A stretch of 64,000 nt of DNA from Nemertoderma westbladi (GCA_032718475.1 JAUCBJ010002864.1:1-64000); one strand, 5' to 3'. Positions 38,001-52,190 are shown, counted from the stretch's first letter. Numbers and translations are program-made. The notes: generated by a model from the letters alone, not told the origin.

Positions 38001-41000
38001 TGCAAAATTTTAAATTACTGTAAATTTTTGGCGACTGGGGGGGGGGTCAATTTTTTTCGATCCGCTATAACTCCGGAACGCTTTGTCCAAATTCGATGGG
38101 GTTTTCATTTTTCAACTTAATTCGATGTCCTCTTTCAGCCTATCCATGTTTCGAAACCCCAAACAGCGCCGTTCAAAAAGTAATTTTTTCTAGTTCTAGA
38201 ATTTTACAAATTTCAAAAAAGTTGCAGTATTTTATTAACGCCTTTACGGAATTCGATAGCGTTTTCTATTTTTATATTAAACGCAATATCCTGAATCTCA
38301 CTAGCCTAGTTTCGCGTCACCAATGCCAAGACTTCATACTTTTTGAGGAAAATTTTTCTAGAATAATTTTTATTTAATTACATTTATCGCGATTTCTTAT
38401 TACTGGTTGCACATGAACTGATGGAGTTTTCAATTTATTAACTAAACACGATATCGCGCATCGCACCAGCGTGGTTTCGAAATTCCAAAACGAGGTCTTC
38501 ACTAGTTGCAGGTCGATTTTGTTCTAGAATTGAGCAACTAATAATAGATCGAAATTATTAATAATTATTGTATGAAATATGATTGTATTTTTACATAATT
38601 ATTAGTTCTATACTAATTCTCGCTGTCTCTTTCATTTAAAATAAAAGGTCGGTTCCTTATCGGGCCGCTAGGCCCGTCACTAGTAAAATAAAAAGTCGGT
38701 TCCTTATCGGGCCGCTAGGCCCGTCACTAGTTAGGAACCGAGAGGTTCATTACTGTAAGAATTGTTGGTGGCTGGCTGACTGGCTGGCTGACTGACTGAT
38801 CTACAGCCAAAACTGCTCTAACGATTTTGATGAAATTTTCACAGCATCTAGATACCGCGATTCTAAGGTCCCTGACATGATCGGCTATTCCGTCCATAGC
38901 CTCTGGGCTCGAAAAATAGAGATAAACGAAAAAAACGCCATAGGCGCAATGGTAAATAACACCCATGACAGCTGGTGTCCTGATGAAAAATGGCTTATGT
39001 AATGCATTTCTACACAAGGTTTAGTAATAAATCGATGAGGTTGCCAAGATTATTATATTTAGTACACCCATACTGTTTGTTTAGGCCCTGCACTCTCTGT
39101 CAAAGCAAATATTAACTGATTGATTTAGTTTGAAATCTATTATCGCCTCAGCTGAATTACTCTTCCCAATGCATTCTATGGGAATATCTCCCTCTGCTAA
39201 TGTAAGCTGAATGACTTAAGTACACAGTGTGTTAAATGTCAACATTATTGCAAAATGTTTTATTGTTGGATTACTCTCTGTCAGTCACCCCTTCAGAACA
39301 TTGTATAGGGAATTTACTTTAGTTTACTCTACTGTGCCATTCAGCTGAATGGATTTGAGTGATTGCCAAGTTACAGAGTTGGATCATTCTCTGACCATAG
39401 GCAAAGACATCAAATCTTTTTAAGAATATACTTTTTCCATGTTTTTTTTTCTGACCAAAAATTTCAAAAAAAAATTTTTCGTAGCCAGTACTGCCAATCG
39501 ATTCGCCATCAAAAATAACGCAAAAAATTTTTTTTGCAAAATTTTAAATTACTGTAAATTTTTGGCGACTGGGGGGGGTCAATTTTTTTCGATCCGCTAT
39601 AACTCCGGAACGCTTTGTCCAAATTCGATGGGGTTTTCATTTTTCAACTTAATTAGATGTCCTCTTTCAGCCTATCCATGTTTCCAAACCCCAAACAGCG
39701 CCGTTCAAAAAATAATTTTTTCCAGTTCTAGAATTTTACAAATTTCAAAAAAGTTGCAGTATTTTATTAACGCCTTTACGGAATTCGATAGCGTTTTCGA
39801 TTTTTATATTAAACGCAATATCCTGAATTTCACTAGCCTAGTTTCGCGTCACCAACGCCAAGACTTCATACTTTTTGAGGAAAATTTTTCTAGAATAATT
39901 TTTATTTAATTACATTTATCGCGATTTCTTATTACTGGTTGCACATGAATTGATGGAGTTTTAAATTTATTAACTAAACACGATATTGCGCATCGCACCA
40001 GCAGCGTGGTTTCGAAATTCCAAAACGAGGTCTTCACTAGTTGCAGGTCGATTTTGTTCTAGAATTGAGTAACTAATAATAGATCGAATTTATTAATAAT
40101 TATTGTATGAAATATGATTGTATTTTTACATAATTATTAGTTCTATAATAATTCTCGTTGTCTCTTTTATTTGAAATAATAAGTCGGTTCCTTATCGGGC
40201 CGCTAGGCCCGTCACTAGTTAGGAACCGAGAGGTTCATTACTGTAAGAATTGCTCGAGACTGGCTGGCTGGCTGGCTGACTGACTGACTAATCTACAGCC
40301 AAAACTACTCTAACGATTTTGATGAAATTTTCACAGCGGCTAGATACCGCGATTCTAAGGTCCCTGGTATGTTCCGCTATTTCGTCCATGAGCCGTGGGC
40401 TCGAAAAATAGACATAAACGAAAAAACGCCATAGGCGCAATGGTTAAATAACACCCATGACAGCTGGTGTCGTGATGAAAAATGGCTTATGTAATGCATT
40501 TCTACAGAAGGCTTAGTAATAAATCGATGAGGTTGCCAAGATTATTATACTCAGTACACCCATACTGTTTGTATAGGCCACCACTCTCTGTCAAAGCAAA
40601 CATTATTAACTGGTTGGTTTAGTTTGAAATCTAGTATCGCCTCAGCTGAATTACTCTTCCCAATGCAATCTATGGGAATATCTCACTCTGCTAATGTAAG
40701 CTGAATGACTGTTACGTACACAGTGAGTTGGCTACATTAATGCCAACATTATTGCAAAATGTTTTATTGTTGGATTACTCTCTGTCAGTCACCCCTTCAG
40801 AACATTGTATAGGGAATTTACTTTAGTTTACTCTACTGTGCCATTCAGCTGAATGGATTTGAGCGATTGCCAAGTTACAGAGTTGGATCATTCTCTGACC
40901 ATAGGCAAAGACATCAAATCTTTTTAAAAATATACTTTTTCCATGTTTTTTTTCTGACCAAAAATTTCAAAAAAAAATTTTTCGTAGCCACTACTGCCAA

Positions 41001-41719
41001 TCGATTCGCCATCAAAAATAACGCAAAAAATTTTTTTTGCAAAATTTTAAATTACTGTAAATTTTTGGCGACTGGGGGGGGGTCAATTTTTTTCGATCCG
41101 CTATAACTCCGGAACGCTTTATCCAAATTCGATGGGGTTTTCATTTTTCAACTTAATTAGATGTCCTCTTTCAGCCTATCCATGTTTCCAAACCCCAAAC
41201 AGCGCCGTTCAAAAAATAATTTTTTCCAGTTCTAGAATTTTACAAATTTAAAAAAAGTTGCAGTATTTTATTAACGCCTTTACGGAATTCGATAGCGTTT
41301 TCGATTTTTATATTAAACGCAATATCCTGAATCTCACTAGCCTAGTTTCGCGTCACCAACGCCAAGACTTCATACTTTTTGAGGAAAATTTTTCTAGAAT
41401 AATTTTTATTTAATTACATTTATCGCGATTTCTTATTACTGGTTGCACATGAATTGATGGAGTTTTCAATTTATTAACTAAACACGATATCGCGCATCGC
41501 ACCAGCGTGGTTTCGAAATTCCAAAACGAGGTCTTCACTAGTTGCAGGTCGATTTTGTTCTAGAATTGAGTAACTAATAATAGATCGAATTTATTAATAA
41601 TTATTGTATGAAATATGATTGTATTTTTACATAATTATTAGTTCTATAATAATTCTCGTTGTCTCTTTTATTTGAAATAAAAAGTCGGTTCCTTATCGGG
41701 CCGCTAGGCCCGTCACTAG

Positions 41720-43234
41720 TTAGCAAGTCGTTAGACTTGATTACTGTAAGAATTGTTAGCTGACTGACTGGCTGACTGACTGGCTGACTGACTGGCTGAC
41801 TGACTGGCTGGCTGATCTACAGCCAAAACTGCTCTAACGATTTTGATGAAATTTTCACAGCATCTAGATACCGCGATTCTAAGGTCCCTGGCATGATCGG
41901 CTACTCCGTCCATAGCCTCTGGGCTCGAAAAATAGAGATAAACGAAAAAAACGCCATAGGCGCAATGGTAAAAAAATAACACCCATGACAGCTGGTGTCC
42001 TGATGAAAAATGGCTTATGTAATGCATTTCTACACAAGGCTTAGTATAAATCGATGAGGTTGCCAAGATTATTGTACTCAGTACACCCATACTGTTTGTT
42101 TAGGCCCTGCACTCTCTGTCAAAGCAAATATTAACTGGTTGATTTAGTTTGTGGTTCTACACAGGCTTAGTATAAATCGATGAGGCTGCCAACTGGTTGG
42201 TTTAGTTTGCAATCTATTACCGCCTCAGCTGAATAACTCTTCCCCCTGCTGAATGACTATTAGGTATACAGTGTATCGGCTACATTAATGCCAACATTAA
42301 TACTGTGGAGGCTGTATGCTTATAAGGTGGAATGTTTACTCAGCCTTATACTGATACTCTGTAAGGCTAAGACTAACATTATAGTTTGAAATATAAAAAT
42401 CACTTATTATTATCTGTATTGGGTTAATAATCACTGTGGCATTCAAAATGTTTTATAGGTGGTTGACATTTAGTGCAAGCTGAATGACTGTTAGTTACAG
42501 AGTACTACAGTACTGCACTCTATTTTATTTTTAAATCTTTCGTCCTACATTAATACTTTGGAGGTTGTATGCTTATAAGGCGAATGTTTACTCAGCTTCA
42601 TACTGATACACTGTAAGGCTAACACTAACGTTATAGTTTAAAACATAAAAATCACTGCTTATTATCTGTATCAGGTTACACACTGTGGCATTCAAAATGT
42701 TTAAATGTTTTATAGGTGATTGATATTTAGTGCAAGCTGAATGACTGTAGGTTACAGAGTACTATTGCACTGTATTTTATTTTTAAATCTTTTGGCAAAC
42801 ATTAATACATTGGAAGCTGTATGCTTATAAGGCGGAATGTTTACTCAGCCTCATACTGATACTCTGTAAGGCTTACACTAACATTATAGTTTGAAATATA
42901 AAAATAACTGCTTATTATCTGTATTGGGTTAATCACTGTGGCATTCAAAATGTTTTGTTAGGTGAATGACATTTAGTGGCTAAGATTATTCTCTGTCAGA
43001 TTCCCTTCACACCATAGGCAAACATTGTTGAGGCTGAGGGAATTTACTTTAGTTTACTCTACTGAGTCATTCAGCTGAATGGATTTGAGCAATTGCCAAC
43101 TTACAGAGTGGGATCTCTCTCTGACCATAGATAAATAACACTTCCCTTCTGAACAAAGGTAAACATTGTTGAGGGAACTTACCTTTGATTGACGACTTCC
43201 GACTTGCTTAACGGCGTCTTGACGCCGTCTCTAG
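41720..43234 (+). mobile_element. HINE unit with type-B termini and an internal ~252-bp repeat
   Basis: 5' TTAGCAAGTCGTTAGACTTG; 3' CGACTTGCTTA-ACGGCGTCTTGACGCCGT-CTCTAG; internal repeat units at about 42295, 42548 and 42800. Confidence 0.88.
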
Positions 43235-44289
43235 TTAGGAACCGAGAGGTTCATTACTGTAAGAATTGCTCGAGACTGGCTGGCTGACTGACTGACTAAT
43301 CTACAGCCAAAACTACTCTAACGATTTTGATGAAATTTTCACAGCGGCTGGATACCGCGATTCTAAGGTCCCTGGTATGTTCCGCTATTTCGTCCATGAG
43401 CCGTGGGCTCGAAAAATAGACATAAACGAAAAAACGCCATAGGCGCAATGATAAAAACACCAGCTGGCACTCATGAAAAATGGATAGAGATAGCCTAGTA
43501 ATGCTATTCTATAGGAATGGCCACCTAACAAGGAAATGCTTTCTCTGCCAAGTATTATCCTCACTCTACAACTCAGACAGTAAGCAAACAAAAGCCGTGG
43601 GATTCTAATGTATTACATCATAAGCTGATTGCTCTCCCAATAACCCTCACACACTCACTGAATCCAATGAAATCGAATATCTATTAGCTTAATGCGAATA
43701 GCTGGTAAGCTGAATGCCATTTTAGTTATTGTGTACTGTTGATTGCAGAGTTGTCTGCTATGTTGTATGTATTTAATTAAAATAATTTTCGTAGAGGGAA
43801 GTTAATTTGGGATTACTCTCTATCAGATGTAAGCAAAGCTGTTCAATGGGGTGGGTCATGGAACCCAAATATAATACATTATGCATGGCAAACATTAATA
43901 AAATCATTCAGTCAACCTGAAGGGTATTTGCTTTAGTTAACTACTGTGTGTGAAAAGCGAATTTATAATGTTACCCATACTTCAGGTAAATTAATTTTTA
44001 GATATTTTGTACTGAAGGCAAGGATTTCTGTTATAATTAAAATACAAGACAGGGGCTTGTTTCGATATATGTAGTTGCGCCCTTCGAGCAGCACGTGAGT
44101 TAATCTAATATTAGACACTATTTTTGACTTTGTCCCTTCGAGCAGCACGTGAGTTTTGCTCTGACCCTTGATATATGATGTTGCGCCCTTCGAGCAGCAC
44201 GTGAGTTACATCAAATAATAGACACACTGTTTGACTTTGTCCCTTTGAGCAGCACGTGAGTTTGGCTTTGACCCTTCCAGCAGCGTGTG

Positions 44290-45170
44290 TCAATCGAGCC
44301 GAATCATACCGATCGAGCCGAATAGAACCAATCGAGGAGATCACGCCGAGTCAAGCCGAAAGGAGCCGAGTTGAGCCCAATCAAGCCTAGTCGAGCCAGA
44401 CTGAGACGAGGCAAGCCCAATCGAGTCGAGTCGAGCCCAATAGAGCCGAGTCGAGCCCAATCAATCCTAGTTGAGCGTAATTGAGCCGGACCGAGCCAAG
44501 TCGAGCCCAATCGAGCCAGACTGAGCCAAGTTGAGCTAAATCAAGCAGAGTCAATCCCAATCGAGCCGAGTCGAGCGGATTGAGCCGAATCGAGCCCAAT
44601 TGAGCCAGTTCGAGCCGAGTCGAACCCAATCGAGCCGATTGAGCCGAATCGAGCTGAGTCGACTCAGACCGAGCCGAGCCGAGTCGAGCCGTGTCACACC
44701 AAATTGAGCCGGACTGAGTCGAATCGAGCCAAATCAAGCCGAGTCGAGCCCAATCGAGCAGAGTCGAGCCGGACGGAGCCGAGTTGAGACCAATCAAGCC
44801 CAGTCGAGCCAGACTGAGCCGAGTCAAGCCCAATCGAATCGAGTCGAGCCCAATAGAGCTGAGTCGAGCCCAATCAAGCCTAGTCGAGCCCAATTGAGCC
44901 GGACCGATCCCAGTCGAGCCCAATCGAGCTGGACTGAGCCAAGTTGAGCCAAATCGAGCCGAGTGAAGCCCAATCAATCCCAATCGAGCCGAGTCGGAGC
45001 CGAATCATGCCCAATTGTGCCAAGTCGAGCCAGACCGAGCTGAGTCGAACCCAATCAAGCCGATTGAGCCGAATCGAGCTGTGTCAAGTCTAGCCCAATC
45101 AAGCCGCTTCGAGCCCAATCAAGCCAAGTCGAACTGAATCGAGCCCAATCGTACCAGACCGAGCCGAGCT
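44290..45170. repeat. Degenerate GAGCC-based satellite inside a HINE body
   Basis: Mosaic of GAGCC, GAGTC, CAATC and AAGCC pentamers. Confidence 0.93.
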
Positions 45171-47949
45171 CGTTGTCTCTTTTATTTGAAATAAAAAGTC
45201 GGTTCCTTATCGGGCCGCTAGGCCCGTCACTAGTTAGGAACCGAGAGGTTCATTACTGTAAGAATTGTTGGCTGATTGATTGACTGGCTGGTTTAGGAAC
45301 CGAGAGGTTCATTACTGTAAGAATTGTTGGCTGATTGATTGACTGGCTGGTTAATCTATAGCCAAAACTACTCTAACGATTTTGATGAAATTTTCACAGC
45401 GGCTGGATACCGCGATTCTAAGGTCCCTGGTATGTTCCGCTATTTCGTCCATGAGCCGTGGGCTCGAAAAATAGACATAAACGAAAAAACGGCATAGGCG
45501 CAATGGTAAAATAACACCAATGACAGCTGGTGTCCTGATGAAAAATGGTTTATGTAATGCATTTCTACACAAGGCTTAGTAATAAATCGATGAGGTTGCC
45601 AAGATTATTATACTTAGTACACCCATACTGTTTGTTTAGGCCCTGCACTCTCTGTCAAAGCAAATATTAACTGGTTGATTTAGTTTGTGGTTCTACACAG
45701 GCTTAGTATAAATCGATGAGGCTGCCAACTGCAATCTATTACCGCCTCAGCTGAATAACTCTTCCCCCTGCTGAATGACTATTAGGTATACAGTGTATCG
45801 GCTACATTAATGCCAACATTAATACTGTGGAGGCTGTATGCTTATAAGGTGGAATGTTTACTCAGCCTTATACTGATACTCTGTAAGGCTAAGACCAACA
45901 TTATTGCAAAATGTTTTATTGTTGGATTACTCTCTGTCAGTCTCCCCTTCAGAACATTGTATAGGGAATTTAGTTTAGTTTACTCTACTGTGCCATTCAG
46001 CTGAATGGATTTGAGCAATTGCCAAGTTACAGAGTTGGATCATTCTCTGACCATAGGCAAAGACATCAAATCTTTTTAAAAATATACTTTTTCCATGTTT
46101 TTTTTCTGACCAAAAATTTAAAAAAAAAATTTTTGTAGCCAGTACTGCCAATCGATTCGCCATCAAAAATAACGCAAAAAATTTTTTTTGCAAAATTTGA
46201 AATTACTGTAAATTTTTGGGGACTGGGGGGGGGGTCAATTTTTTTCGATCCGCTATAACTTCGGAACGCTTTGTCCAAATTCGATGGGGTTTTTATTTTT
46301 CAACTTAATTCGACGTCCTCTTTCAGCCTATTTTTCGAAACCCCAAACAGCACCGTTCAAAAATTAATTTTTTCTAGTTCTAGAATTTTACAAATTTCAA
46401 AAAAGTTGCAGGTATTTTATTAACGCCTTTACGGAATTTGATAGCGTTTTCGATTTTTATATTAAACGCAATATCCTGAATCTCACTAGCCTAGTTTCGC
46501 GTCACCAATGCCAAGACTTCATACTTTTAGAGGAAAATTTTTCTAGAATAATTTTTATTTAATTACATTTATCGCGATTTCTTATTACTGGTTGCACATG
46601 AATTGATGGAGTTTTCAATTTATTAACTAAACACGATATCGCGCATCGCACTAGCGTGGTTTCGAAATTCCAAAACGAGGTCTTCACTAGTTGCATGTCG
46701 TTTTTGTTCTAGAATTGAGCAACTTATAATAGATTGAATTTATTAATAATTATTGTATGAAATATGATTGTATTTTTACATAATGATTAGTTCTATACTA
46801 ATTCTCGTTGTCTCTTTTATTTAAAATAAAAAGTCGGTTCCTTATCGGGCCGCTAGGCCCGTCACTAGTTAGGAACCGAGAGGTTCATTACTGTAAGAAT
46901 TGCTCGAGACTGGCTGACTGACTGACTAATCTACAGCCAAAACTACTCTAACGATTTTGATGAAATTTTCACAGCGGCTAGATACCGCGATTCTAAGGTC
47001 CCTGGAATGTTCCGCTATTTTGTCCATGAGCCGTGGGCTCGAAAAATAGACATAAACGAAAAAACGCCATAGGCGCAATGGTAAAAACACCAGCTGGCAC
47101 TCATGAAAAATGCATAGAGATGGCCTAGTAATGCTATTCTATAGGAATGGCCACCTAACAAGGAAATGCTTTCTCTGCCAAGTATTATCCTCACTCTACA
47201 ACTCAGACAGTAAGCAAACAAAAGCTGTGGGATTCTAATGTATTACATCATAAGCTGATTGCTCTCCCAATAGCCCTCACACACTCACTGAATCCAATGA
47301 AATCGAATATCTATTAGCTTAATGCGAATAGCTGGTAAGCTGAATGCCATTTTAGTTATTGTGTACTGTTGATAGCAGAGTTGACTGCTATGTTGTATGT
47401 ATTTAATTAAAATAATTTTCGTAGAGGGAAATTAATTTGGGATTACTTTCTATCAGATGTAAGCAAAGCTGTTCAATGGGGTGGGTCATGGGACCCAAAT
47501 ATAGTACATTATGCATGGCAAACATTAATAAAATCATTCAGTCAACCTGGAGGGTATTTGCTTAGTTAACTCTACTGTGCGAAAAACGAATTTATAATGT
47601 TACCCATACTTCAGGTGAATGAATTTTTAGATATTTGTACTGAAGGCAACGATTTCTGATATAATTAAAATACAAGACAGGGGCTTGTTTCGATATATGT
47701 AGTTGCGCCCTTCTAGCAGCACGTGAGATGATCAAATAATAGACACAATGTTTGACTTTGTCCCTTCGAGCAGCACGTGAGTTTTGCTTTGACCCTTCGA
47801 TATATGTATTTGCGCCCTTCGAGCAGCACGTGAATTACATCAAATAATAGACACATTTTTTGACTTTGTCCCTTCGAGCAGCACGTGAGTTTTGCTTTGA
47901 CCCTTCGATATATGTATTTGCGCCCTTCGAGCAGCACGGGGAGTCGACT

Positions 47950-48960
47950 CAGACCGAGCCAAGCCGAACCAAGCCGAGCCAAGCCGAGCCGAGCCGAGCC
48001 GAGCCGAGCCGAGCCGAGCCGAGCCGAGCCGAGCCGAGCCGAGCCGAGCCGAGCCGAGCCGAGCCGAGCCGAGCCGAGCCGAGCCGAGCCGAGCCGAGCC
48101 GAGCCGAGCCGAGCAGAGCCGAGCAGAGCCGAGCCGAGTCGAGCCGAGCCGAGCCGAGCCGAGCCGAGCCGAGCCGAGCCGAGCCGAGCCGAGCCGAGCC
48201 AAGCCGAGCTGAGCCGAGCAGGGCCCAGCCGGGCCAAGCCGAGCCGGGCCGAGCCGAGCCGAGCCGAGACGAGCCGAGCCGAGCCGAGCCGAGCCGAGCC
48301 GAGCCGAGCCGAGCCGAGCCGAGCCGAGCCGAGCCGAGCCGAACCGAACCGAACCGAGCCGAGCCGAGCCGAGCCGAGCAGGGCCCAGCCGGGCCAAGCC
48401 GAGCCAGGCCGAGCCGAGCCGAGCCGAGCCGAGCCGAGCCGAGCCGAGCCGAGCCGAGCCGAGCCGAGCCGAGTCGAGCCGAGCCGTGTCGACCGTGTCA
48501 TGCCAAATTGAGCCCGGATTGAGCCCAATCAAGCTGAGTCGAGCCCAATCGAGCCGAGTCGAGCCAGACTGAGCCTAGTCAAGCCCAAATCGAATTGAGT
48601 CGAGCCCAATCGAGCCGGGTCGAGCCCAATCAAGCCTAGTCGAGCCCAATTGAGCCGGACCGAGCCAAGTCGAGCCCAATCGAGCCAGACTGAGCCAAGT
48701 TGAGCCAAATCGATCCGAGTCAAGCCCAATCAATCCCAATTGAGCCGATTCGAGCCGAGTCGAGCAGATTGAGCTGAATCGAGCCCAATTGAGCCAAGTC
48801 GAGCTGGACCGAGCCGAGTCGAACCCAATCGAGCTGATTGAGCCGAATCAAGCTGAGTCGAGTCAGATCGAGCCGAGCCAAGCCTAATCGAGCCAAACCG
48901 AGCCGATCAAGCCAAGTCGAACTAAATCGTGCCCAATCGTGCAAGACCGAGCCGAGCTCG
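47950..48960. repeat. (GAGCC)n pure tract followed by a degenerate tract
   Basis: Pure run at about 47950-48485; degenerate to 48960. Confidence 0.97.
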
Positions 48961-51599
48961 TTGTCTCTTTTATTTGAAATAAAAAGTTGGTTCCTTATCG
49001 GGCCGCTAGGCCCGTCACTAGTTAGGAACCGAGAGGTTCATTACTGTAAGAATTGCTCGTGGCTGGCTGGCTGACTGGCTAATCTACAGCCAAAACTACT
49101 CTAACGATTTTGATGAAATTTTCACAGCGGCTGGCTGACCGGATTCTAAGGTCCCTGGCATGATCGGCTACTCCGTCCATAGCCTCTGGGCTCGAAAAAT
49201 AGACATAAACGAAAAAACGCCATAGGCGCAATGGTAAAATAACACCAATGACAGCTGGTGTCCTCATGAAAAATGGCTTATGTAATGCATTTCTACACAA
49301 GGCTTAGTATAAATCGATGAGGTTGCCAAGATTATTGTACTCAGTACACCCATACTGTTTGTTTAGGCCCTAGGACACTCTGTCAAAGCAAATATTAACT
49401 GGTTGGTTTAGTTTGAATCTTTGCCTCAGCTGAATTACTCTTCCCAATGCATTCTATGCGAATATCTCCCTCTGCTAATGTAAGCTGAATGACTTTAGTA
49501 CACAGTGTGTTGGCTACATTAATGCCAACATTATTGCAAAATGTTTTATTGTTGGATTACTCTCTGTCAGTCTCCCCTTCAGAACATTGTATAGGGAATT
49601 TACTTTAGTTTACTCTACTGTGCCATTCAGCTGAATGGATTTGAGCGATTGCCAAGTTACAGAGTTGGATCATTCTCTGACCATAGGCAAAGACATCAAA
49701 TCTTTTTAAGAATATACTTTTTCCATGTTTTTTTTTCTGACCAAAAATTTCAAAAAAATTTTTCGTAGCCAGTACTGCCAATCGATTCGCCATCAAAAAT
49801 AACGCAAAAAATTTTTTTTGCAAAATTTTAAATTACTGTAAATTTTTGGCGACTGGGGGGGGGGGTCAATTTTTTTCGATCCGCTATAACTCCGGAACGC
49901 TTTGTCCAAATTCGATGGGGTTTTCATTTTTCAACTTAATTCGATGTCCTCTTTCAGCCTATCCATGTTTCGAAACCCCAAACAGCGCCGTTCAAAAATT
50001 ATTTTTTTCTAGTTCTAGAATTTTACAAATTTCAAAAAAGTTGCAGTATTTTATTAACGCCTTTACGGAATTCGATAGCGTTTTCGATTTTTATATTAAA
50101 CGCAATATCCTGAATCTCACTAGCCTAGTTTCGCGTCACCAATGCCAAGACTTCATACTTTTTGAGGAAAATTTTTCTAGAATAATTTTTATTTAATTAC
50201 ATTTATCGCGATTTCTTATTACTGGTTGCACATGAATTGATGGAGTTTTCAATTTATTAACTAAACACGATATCGCGCATCGCACCAGCGTGGTTTCGAA
50301 ATTCCAAAACGAGGTCTTCACTAGTTGCAGGTCGATTTTGTTCTAGAATTGAGCAACTAATAATAGATCGAATTTATTAATAATTATTGTATGAAATATG
50401 ATTGTATTTTTACATAATTATTAGTTCTATACTAATTCTCGTTGTCTCTTTTATTTAAAATAAAAAGTCGGTTCCTTATCGGGCCGCTAGGCCCGTCACT
50501 AGTTAGGAACCGAGAGGTTCATTACTGTAAGAATTGCTCGCTGATGACTGGCTGGCTGGCTGGCTGGCTGACTGACTGATCTACAGCCAAAACTACTCTA
50601 ACGATTTTGATGAAATTTTCACAGCGGCTAGATACCGCGATTCTAAGGTCCCTGGTATGTTCCGCTATTTCGTCCATGAGCCGTGGGCTCGAAAAATAGA
50701 CATAAACGAAAAAACGCCATAGGCGCAATGATAAAAACACCAGCTGGCACTCATGAAAAATGCATAGAGATGGCCTAGTAATGCTATTCTATAGGAATGG
50801 CCACCTAACAAGGAAATGCTTTCTCTGCCAAGTATTATCCTCACTCTACAACTCAGACAGTAAGCAAACAAAAGCTGTGGGATTCTAATGTATTACATCA
50901 TAAGCTGATTGCTCTCCCAATAGCCCTCACACACTCACTGAATCCAATGAAATCGAATATCTATTAGCTTAATGCGAATAGCTGGTAAGCTGAATGCCAT
51001 TTTAGTTATTGTGTACTGTTGATAGCAGAGTTGACTGCTATGTTGTATGTATTTAATTAAAATAATTTTCGTAGAGGGAAGTTAATTTGGGATTACTTTC
51101 TATCAGATGTAAGCAAAGCTGTTCAATGGGGTGGGTCATGGGACCCAAATATAGTACATTATGCATGGCAAACATTAATAAAATCATTCAGTCAACCTGG
51201 AGGGTATTTGCTTAGTTAACTCTACTGTGCGAAAAACGAATTTATAATGTTACCCATACTTCAGGTGAATGAATTTTTAGATATTTGTACTGAAGGCAAC
51301 GATTTCTGATATAATTAAAATACAAGACAGGGGCTTGTTTCGATATATGTAGTTGCGCCCTTCTAGCAGCACGTGAGATGATCAAATAATAGACACAATG
51401 TTTGACTTTGTCCCTTCGAGCAGCACGTGAGTTTTGCTTTGACCCTTCGATATATGTATTTGCGCCCTTCGAGCAGCACGTGAATTACATCAAATAATAG
51501 ACACATTGTTTGACTTTGTCCCTTCGAGCAGCACGTGAGTTTTGCTTTGACCCTTCGATATATGTATTTGCGCCCTTCGAGCAGCACGGGGAGTCGACT

Positions 51600-52190
51600 C
51601 AGACCGAGCCAAGCCGAGCCAAGCCGAGCCGAGCCGAGCCGAGCCGAGCCGAGCCGAGCCGAGCCGAGCCGAGCCGAGCCGAGCCGAGCCGAGCCGAGCC
51701 GAGCCGAGCCGAGCCGAGCCGAGCCGAGCCGAGCCGAGCCGAGCCGAGCCGAGCCGAGCCGAGCCGAGCCGAGCCGAGCCGAGCCGAGCCGAGCCGAGCC
51801 GAGCCGAGCCGAGCCACGAGCCGAGCCGAGCCGAGCCGAGCCGAGCCGTGCCGAGCCGAGCCGAGCCGAGCCGAGCCGAACCGAGCCGAGCCGAGCCGAG
51901 CCAGGCCGAGCCGAGCCGAGCCGAGCAAAGCCGAGCCGAGCCGAGCCGAGCCGAGCCGAGCCGAGCCGAGCCGAGCCGAGCCGAGCCGAGCCGAGCCGAG
52001 CCGAGCCGAGCCGAGCCGAGCCGAGCCGAGCCGAGCCGAGCCGAGCCGAGCCGAGCCGAGCCGAGCCGAGCCGAGCCGAGCCGAGCCGAGCCGAGCCGAG
52101 CTGAGCCGAGCCGAGCCCAATCGAGCCAAACCGAGCCGATCAAGCCAAGTCGAACTTAATCGTGCCCAATCGTGCAAGACCGAGCCGAGC
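51600..52190. repeat. (GAGCC)n tract
   Basis: About 510 bp nearly pure. Confidence 0.97.
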
